A DNA stretch of 45,044 nt, taken from the NCBI GenBank assembly GCA_001179505.1, contig CDMY01000601.1:1-45044 (forward strand), in the 5' to 3' direction. The position numbers and the translations under genes are program-made. The stretch is from Vitrella brassicaformis CCMP3155 (Eukaryota > Protista > Chromerida). The notes beneath the pieces are model-generated. The model made no database searches. It was not told the DNA's origin and saw only the letters and a program-made list of their open reading frames with translations. Shown one piece after another: positions 37,601-45,044 of the stretch. Numbering within the stretch: position 1 is the first letter of the stretch; each line of letters starts with the position of its first letter.

Positions 37601-40600
37601 TGTCTGCTTGTGGCTGTGTCACGAATGTCAGCTATGGCAAGTCGCAGGTCGCCAGAGGGTCGCCGAATCCCATCGTCGGGCAGATACTGCAGGTACGTTC
37701 ACCGAAGCTCGTGTGTGCTTTGCCCACCTGTTTGTCTGTCTGTGTGCCACCATATCAGTTCAGGTCGGTCAAAACGATGCGGGACCGCACCAGTGGCATC
37801 GAGGTCTCACCACAAGTAAACACGGGACCATGACGACACATTGACGGCACGCAAGTGCACCTTTCTGTGCTTCCTGTGCCACCCAGGTGTCGCGCTTCCT
37901 CAATGCCCTCGCCCAGCAGCACCAGAAGGACACCAAAGCCAAGCCCACCACCCCACCGCCCCTGTCGGAGGCCCAGTTGGCGGCCCAGGAGGCCAACGCG
38001 CAGCGGATGCAGGAGGCCCTCCTCGCGGAGGAGCGACGCGAGAAGGAGGCCAAAGAGAAAAAGGGCAAAGGCAAAAAGAACAAGGGCGGCAAGGGACAGC
38101 AGCAGCAGCAGCAGCAGCAGGGGCTTGCAGGTGGGGATGCGGCGAGCCCCTCCGATGCGGTGATTGAGCCATCGGTGCCCTCCACTGCCGCATCCACCAG
38201 GTAGGGAAGCCATCCACAGACCATGGCTGACGGGACTGTTCACCTCATGTGTGTGTGTGTGCGTAGTCGGGCTTCTGCTGCGGATAAGGTTGCGGCGAGT
38301 CAGCCGGAGCCCTCTTCATCCATCGCTGACAGGTGAGCAACCCACCCACTTGACGAGATGCCCTGACACAATCACTTCCTCTGTGTGCGTGTCGATCTCT
38401 TTCTTTCCAGGTCTGGTGCGCCTGGTGTGCCATCCGTGTCAGCCGCTGCGGGCAGCGATCGGCCTGGTGATGGCGGCGATGTAGCGAAGTCGGCGGCTGG
38501 TGGGAGCGACGGTGACAGCGATGATGAGGACGGCGACGCTATGCTGCTCAAGTCGGTGTTTGCACAACAGGCACGGCAACAGCTGAGCGAGGGCAAGAAG
38601 AAGGTTCAGGCCAAACACGCCACCAAGCCCACTCCGAAGCCCACAACTCAGCCGAGTCAGCCGCCCCGCCCCTCACTCCCACCAGCACTCAGGACCAATC
38701 AGACGGGGCACATGGGCCGCCCTGCACCTGCCGCCAATGAAGACCGTTACCGCATCGGCGATGCACCCATTCCAATGCCCGCCCCCATTCCCCTCTCAAG
38801 CGCCCACTTCCCTAAGGGCCGCTTCAAGCCGTCACCTGGCAATGGGGGGATGGCCCCTCCTCTGCCGAAGCGTCCGTCACGCCCGCTGCTGTCTGACGAT
38901 GACAGTCCGTCTGGCGGTGTTTCACCTCCCTTTCGGCATGTGGGAGGTCGAGGGGCGGGCAGGGGCCTCATTACGATGTTTTCCCACGACCCGCCCCCTC
39001 TTCCCTGTATCCCCTACCCCCGACTCCCGTCGGCCGACGAGCTGTGCACCGGGCCATCGCTGCAGCGGCCCACTGGACAAGACGACCGACTGCAGCCGAC
39101 ACGTGGCGAGAGGCCGAGGTGAGATGGTTGCAGACAATGAACGCCGTGGTCCGATCGCAATGAGTGCTTTTTCTCCTACGGTGTGTCTGCAGTCTGTCTG
39201 CTGCTGGTCCTTCGCTGAGTGGCTTCTTCGCCAATGCGCCTGTCGGGCCGGCACCACCGGCTGCTGCTGCTCCCGATGGTGGCGGTGGTGGGCTGTCGGC
39301 TGATCCATTCTATGACAGTGGCGGTGACGACATGTACTGTGTGCCGCCCCCGCCGGCCTTTCCACCGCCGCCCCCACCACATCCACCGATCGACCCAAGG
39401 TAACACGGGCATCATGTCTGTCTATCTGTCTGTCAGCAACGCTTCTGTGCATTTCTCGTTGCCTGATGTGCTGTGCAGCTCTCTCCATCGGATGGGTTCC
39501 CCTCTCCCTGTCAGCTACAACGGCGGCCCACAGGCGTCCGGCGCTCCTCCTGTACATCCATTTGATTTCCATCATCCCTTCCCGTCTGACCCACCACGTG
39601 CTGCTACTGCGGCTGGCTCTGGTGTTGGGCTGTCGGCGAACCATTCGTTCCACGACAACCATGATGATGATGACATGTATGTGCCGCCCCCGCCGCCCAT
39701 ATTCGAGTATGAGGAGGAGGGGTACCAGCCGCCCTCATCGAACAGTGCAGCCGACCCCTTCGCTGCGGCTCAGACGGCCTGGGCCATGCAGGGAGGCAAT
39801 GGCGGGCCATCCACAGGGTATGTGGAAACAGGCAGAGAGGACACTGATGCCACGGATCACTCTGTTCCCTGGCTGCTACGTGTTTGTGTGTAGGTTTGGT
39901 GCGGTGATGAGTGCGGGTGGTCCCTCTGATAGCGAGCATCTAGTGGACCAGCTGTGTCGCCAACTCGAGCAGAAGAACCAGCAGGAGGCCAAACGAAAGG
40001 ACCAGGAGGCCAAACGGAGGGCTCGTGGGGCCAAACGAAGGGCTCGGGAGGTGCAGGAGGCAAAGCAGAGGGAACAGGAGGCTAAGGAGAAGGAGGCGCT
40101 GGTGCGGCAGCTGCAAGAGGCGCAATGGAAGTAAGTGCGATTTCCGCATATCCCATTCATTTCGCTCAATGGTGTCCTGCTCGACAGGATTGCCAAAATG
40201 ACGGCTCAGCAATCATCTGACCACCAGCAGCAGCCCTCCTCGTCCAGCAGCAGCTCATCGGCACCACCCCCACCCACACACCAGCCACACCAGCCACAGC
40301 TCCAGGGTGGCGAGTGCAGTCTGTGCATGGACGCGCCCGCGTCGGTCGTCTACATGCCCTGCCGACACCTCCGGGTGTGCCCCAAGTGCTACCATGACAA
40401 CAAGGCCAGAGTGCACCGCAATCTCACCCACGTGAGGGCCGAGAACCACCGACGCAAGCGGGAGAATGAGGAGCGCAAGAGGCAGAACGAGGGCCGCGAG
40501 GAGAACAAGCAGCTGCCGATGGTGAAGCTGCTGGAGGAGCCCCACTATGTGTGTGAGCACTGCAATGGCAGGGTGGAGTTCGGTGGCTCGGTGGAGGAAG

Positions 40601-40638
40601 CCATGCAGTGGTTGGCCGACAACCTTCTCACTGCCTGA
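33733..40638 (+). CDS. Large multi-exon candidate E3 ubiquitin ligase: 2x ARM-like units, coiled coils, Pro-rich region, C-terminal split C3HC4 RING
   Basis: In-frame GT-AG exon chain from MRKGSREPQLSESGIDAIAADLL to CSLCMDAPASVVYMPCRHLRVCPKC...CEHCNGRV...LLTA* (stop 40,636-40,638). Confidence 0.78.
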
Positions 40639-40677
40639 CAGACAGGCAGAGAGTCGGTGACTTGGGGGGGGGGGGGG

Positions 40678-40977
40678 NNNNNNNNNNNNNNNNNNNNNNN
40701 NNNNNNNNNNNNNNNNNNNNNNNNNNNNNNNNNNNNNNNNNNNNNNNNNNNNNNNNNNNNNNNNNNNNNNNNNNNNNNNNNNNNNNNNNNNNNNNNNNNN
40801 NNNNNNNNNNNNNNNNNNNNNNNNNNNNNNNNNNNNNNNNNNNNNNNNNNNNNNNNNNNNNNNNNNNNNNNNNNNNNNNNNNNNNNNNNNNNNNNNNNNN
40901 NNNNNNNNNNNNNNNNNNNNNNNNNNNNNNNNNNNNNNNNNNNNNNNNNNNNNNNNNNNNNNNNNNNNNNNNNNNNN
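40678..40977. other. Assembly gap (300 N)
   Basis: Run of N flanked by 14-G runs on both sides. Confidence 1.
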
Positions 40978-41017
40978 GGGGGGGGGGGGGGAGGCGGTGT
41001 GTGCGCGCCTGTGGGTC

Positions 41018-41452
41018 GGGGAGGTCAGTCTGTGTGCCGTTGCGGAGGGAGGGAGGGAGCGCTGTTGGAGGGATGTGGAGGGATGGGGCGTGTGAGTCAG
41101 GAAAGACGAGGGCGTGGCGTGCGAGCATGGGTGCGTGAGTGGTGGAGCGTAGCAGGCACAGACCTCTGTCTGTTGAGGGCTGTGTCTGTCTGTGGCGATT
41201 CAAGCGAGATGTCAATCAGCCCACCCAGTGAGTGTCCTTCCTTTATCGTCAAGTGTGTGTACCACGTGCCGTATGTCCGTGTTTATCCCGCCACCCATCC
41301 ATCCAGCCATGGCATTGCATCATGTGTGGCAGTCCGTGTGTTTGTCCCGTTGCTGTCTACGTCAGTATGTCCGTGTGCCCCTTTATGTAGGCCTTCCCTG
41401 CATGCCTTGACGGTCGTGTGCATCCACACACTGCTTGCTGCATGTCCGTGTG
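41018..41452 (+). repeat. Left arm of >=435 bp near-perfect inverted repeat
   Basis: Reverse complement of 44,610-45,044 with no indels (coordinate sums are constant at 86,062). The only mismatch noticed is at ~41,427 (CAC vs CAG). Confidence 0.97.
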
Positions 41453-41692
41453 GGTGCAGTGCAATGAATTCGATCCTGGCTCACCAAGTCACGCCGTGCC
41501 TTTACGGTGCGAGCTGAGGGATCCTGAGACTTTTCTGCTTTGTCTTTGGAAGAAGCAGCGATCTCAGCTGCCCCTTCTGTCAGCTCGATCTCAGCTGCCC
41601 ACAGTGGATGCCCGTTGCGGTCCCGACCGCAACGGCCCGCCGACCGCAACGGCGCACCAGATTCGTGCGTGTCCCCGGCTGCCGAAAGCACC

Positions 41693-42668
41693 ATGACAGC
41701 GGTCGCACTGAGTCTCCGCCTTTCTCTCCTCATCGCTGTGTGCCTCGCCCTCTACACCTTCCCCCGTGCTCACGCCCAATGCAGTCTGTTCAATCCCCCG
41801 GGGGAATTCTGCAGTACGCAGAACACACACCTGACAGACAGCCACACAGACGCCTTATCCGCCCTCGCGTGTGTTGCTGTTGATTGGCTTTGTGCAGGCT
41901 TGTCAGCTGGCGACACAGAGGCTAAGGAAGGTGATATAGTGGCTTTCAGGAATGTGGTTGCCGGTCAGGATCTGTGGGCCAAGGACGATGTGTTTGTCGA
42001 AGACGATCTGTTTGTTAATGGTGACAGGGTGGGGGCCCCCTCTGCCAACGTGAAAGCCAGAAGTAAGCAACAAGGAGCAGCAGGTCCGGTCATCCGCTTC
42101 ACTCTGTGTGTGTGTTTCTTGGTGTGTCTTTCAACACAGGCCTGACTGCCGGCAATCCTACGGATCCTTATGCAGGCCACGCTGGCAACATCGTGGCAGA
42201 GAGAACCGTATGGGCTGGACATCGGGTTGTGTCACGGTATATCGGTTCGGATACACACATCCATGCGGCAGGACGGATCAGCGGAGGACAGGGGTGCAGA
42301 TGCGGCGCGCGAATCATTTCGCGGGCCTTTGAGCTGAGCGCCACCGACAACCTGGCAGACGCAGAGTGGGGCGGGAGGAATCGATCAGCAGCGTATGAAT
42401 CCTTCAGGCAGCTGCATCTCCGCACCGACCCGCACGACAGGCTGTCGCTGGCCGCCAAGGACGTCAGCCGCCTCTTCCCATCGGCAGTGCGGACATACCC
42501 GAAGATCATTCGGAGGAGGGCGGCAAGGAGCGGACGACCATCGACCTGACCCAGCTGATCTTCACGCAGATGTCTGTCATCCAAGACCTCCAGGCCCGCA
42601 TGGCCCTTTTCGAGCGCGGCGCCAGCAGTCAGCCCACACACACTGGTAGCACAGTGATCAATGAATGA
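41693..42668 (+). pseudogene. Secreted tail-fibre-like / intramolecular-chaperone (peptidase S74-like) protein, frameshifted near 42,492
   Basis: Three exons joined by phase-1 GT-AG introns. Signal peptide MTAVALSLRLSLLIAVCLALYTFPRAHA, then beta-strand repeats, then AYESFRQLHL...RLSLAAKDVSRLFPSAV. In the -1 frame it continues ...TIDLTQLIFTQMSVIQDLQARMALFE. The frameshift could be a sequencing error rather than pseudogenisation. Confidence 0.55.
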
Positions 42669-43110
42669 TAGCCAAACGCGCTCACCTGTCTGTCTGTCTG
42701 TCTGTGTGTGTGTGTGTGTGTGTGTCTGTGTCTCTCTGTGGTTGGTCTAGGCCAAGGCAGCAAGGATGGCGACGCCGCTGGTGGTTCACCCTCAAGTGTT
42801 CGAGGGAGCGGCGGCAACAAGTGACGTGTCTTGTGAGCGATGAGTGTCCGGGTGTCCTGATGGGTGTGTATATCTTTTCGGTGTGTACTAGTGCGCACTT
42901 GTATGTATTGTATGCCCTGACTGGAGAGAGAGGCGACTGAATCGTAGAGGGGCTGCCGGGGGGCACATGAGCCTGTGTGTCTGTCTCAGTGTGTCTGTGT
43001 CTGAGGCTGTGTGTCTAGGCCAGCAGAGGGTGTTGTTGCCGTGACCACATGTGTTGGCTGATGATGGGTGAATTAGCGGTGTCGGCGGTCAAACTGCCAC
43101 ACCCGCAGAG

Positions 43111-43113
<3 letters not shown>

Positions 43114-43141
<28 letters not shown>
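43114..43141. repeat. (GA)14 microsatellite
   Basis: Read directly. Confidence 0.95.
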
Positions 43142-43144
<3 letters not shown>

Positions 43145-43415
43145 AGTGGCCAAATCTGGGCGTGCCTCCCTGTCTCTCTCTCTCCCTGCCTCCCTGCATG
43201 TGGTGTTACGTTTTTCTGCAGTCTGTCTGTCTATCTCTTTGTATGCGTGTTGTGCCCACCCCTGCTGTCTGCACGTGTGTCTGGTCTGGGTGGCGGAAGA
43301 GTGCTATCTCCCTCCCCCTCCGCACGTGTCTCCCTCCGCTGAAGTGTTGCGGGTCTAGCTACTTTTGCACCTGCTGACACCGAAAGTGTCTGCGATGGTT
43401 GTGTGATTTTTGCAA

Positions 43416-43463
43416 TCATCTCGACTAGCAAGCACTGAGTCATCTCGACTAGCGAGCACTGAG
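43416..43463. repeat. Two-copy 24-bp tandem repeat tcatctcgactagc(a/g)agcactgag
   Basis: Read directly. One mismatch between the copies. Confidence 0.9.
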
Positions 43464-44609
43464 TCGTCCCATACATGGGGTGCATGTGGCCGCACAAGTC
43501 GTGTGGGGGTACTATGGCTTACTTGCGCTACGTGTGCTGCCCTGGTTGGTGTCTGCGTGTTGGGTGCCTTGTGTGTGTGTGTGTGTGTGTTGACTGGCCG
43601 GTCAGCTGCAGTGGTCCTCCGAAACAGGGAGGTGCTGACGTGCCTGCATAGATCGGCAGACACACACAGTGCCACGTGCCTGATGCATTGGATGGATGGA
43701 TGATGCGTGTGAGGGAGATGCGACGTGTGACAATGGGACATTGAATTGCGGGGGCGGGACGCACAACAGGCACATGAGACACATGGGGATGAGAGCACTG
43801 AAACCGTCAAATGAATGCAACAATCATCAGAAGGCACTCTCGCCCCTTCCCTCTGATGAACAATCCATCACCGACTGCCTGTTGCTTGCATCCGCAGGGA
43901 CTCAATCTGACGCGCCGCAGGAGCCGTAAGTGCGTCGAAAGACAGCTGAGACTGATACAGTAGGATAGACAGGCCGGGCCGCAGTCTTGTTCAGATGCTG
44001 TGGGCTGGCAGTAGTGTGTGAAATGGTCCCTGGTTGCTGCCAGTCAGTCAGTCAGGGCCCTGATATGATCCCGCAGTGTATTCTTTTTTGCGTAGTCATC
44101 CTTGAATGTCTCTCGTCGATGAAACATACACCCTGAGCTGTGCACTGTCTGTGTGTCTCTCTGTCGGTCTGTCTGTCTCTCTGTCTGTGAGTGCCGAGGT
44201 ATTGGGAGGGAATGACAGACAGAGATGCGAGGGGGACGGACGGAGGGAGGGAGGGGAGGGAGGGAGGGACAGCGGCCGGACAGTCATCCAGCCGGCTGCA
44301 TGTGTGCTGAGTGTGTGAGCCTTCTTGTCGTTTCGGTGGCCTCTTGAGTGATCGAGGGGTGTGAGAGTGAGGTTGACAGATCGATGGATGGATGGATGGA
44401 TGGATGGACGCCGTCACTACAGTCAATGCATTCATGCATCCGTGCGGATGTGCATGTCCATGTCCATACAGACTTGCTTACCTGAATGTGTGGATGAATC
44501 TATCTATGGCGATTTTGGTATCCGAGCCCAATTATTCACTGCATTCACTGCATCGAACCAGTGTGTTCGTTCGTTTGTCTGGATGAATATATATGCCGGC
44601 ATGGACATG

Positions 44610-45044
44610 CACACGGACATGCAGCAAGCAGTGTCTGGATGCACACGACCGTCAAGGCATGCAGGGAAGGCCTACATAAAGGGGCACACGGACATACTGA
44701 CGTAGACAGCAACGGGACAAACACACGGACTGCCACACATGATGCAATGCCATGGCTGGATGGATGGGTGGCGGGATAAACACGGACATACGGCACGTGG
44801 TACACACACTTGACGATAAAGGAAGGACACTCACTGGGTGGGCTGATTGACATCTCGCTTGAATCGCCACAGACAGACACAGCCCTCAACAGACAGAGGT
44901 CTGTGCCTGCTACGCTCCACCACTCACGCACCCATGCTCGCACGCCACGCCCTCGTCTTTCCTGACTCACACGCCCCATCCCTCCACATCCCTCCAACAG
45001 CGCTCCCTCCCTCCCTCCGCAACGGCACACAGACTGACCTCCCC
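44610..45044 (-). repeat. Right arm of >=435 bp near-perfect inverted repeat (runs off window end)
   Basis: Reverse complement of 41,018-41,452. Confidence 0.97.

Larger units (their letters stand above)
32240..40312. repeat. Right arm of ~8 kb inverted segmental duplication
   Basis: Reverse-complement match to 1-7,935. The true arm probably extends to ~40,640 or beyond, because the left arm is cut by the window edge. Confidence 0.97.

Noticed and set aside
1-40312. Inverted arms as two alleles misassembled
   Set aside because: Divergence in the ARM region (about a quarter of residues, plus intron indels and an unalignable promoter) seems too high for alleles, and unique flanks join both arms without a gap at the inner boundaries. 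Not fully excluded without reads.
43416-43463. 24-bp repeat as a CRISPR-like array
   Set aside because: Only two directly adjacent copies, no spacers, eukaryotic context.
40657-45030. ORFs inside the inverted-repeat arms (40,657-41,517; 44,545-45,030) as a transposase
   Set aside because: No DDE or other transposase motif, low-complexity composition, and partly translated through Ns.
1-45044. rRNA, tRNA or structured ncRNA genes
   Set aside because: None recognisable by eye. A covariance-model search would be needed to exclude small ncRNAs.

Overview
Intron-rich, GC-rich eukaryotic genomic DNA. The (GT)n/(CTGT)n/(GGAT)n-filled introns and a myzozoan-type ATP synthase subunit point to a chromerid alga such as Vitrella brassicaformis (inference). 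A ~24 kb single-copy core (TPR protein, ATPTG8-like twin-CX9C subunit, SMC6, double Sec14/CRAL-TRIO protein, RIO1 kinase, phytochelatin synthase, NAT8-like GNAT) is bracketed by an ~8 kb inverted segmental duplication (<1-~7,935 vs ~32,240-40,312). Each arm carries an apparently intact MED6 head-to-head with a ~6.9 kb multi-exon gene encoding two tandem helical (ARM-like) units, low-complexity and coiled-coil linkers and, visible only in the right copy, a C-terminal RING split by a 54-aa insert. Divergence between the arms is patchy. At the right end, a near-perfect inverted repeat of at least 435 bp encloses a spliced, signal-peptide-bearing gene that resembles a tail-fibre/intramolecular-chaperone (peptidase S74-like) protein and carries a -1 frameshift. 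There are two 300-N gaps. Gene models were spliced by eye, family calls come from motif recognition without database searches, and some termini are approximate.
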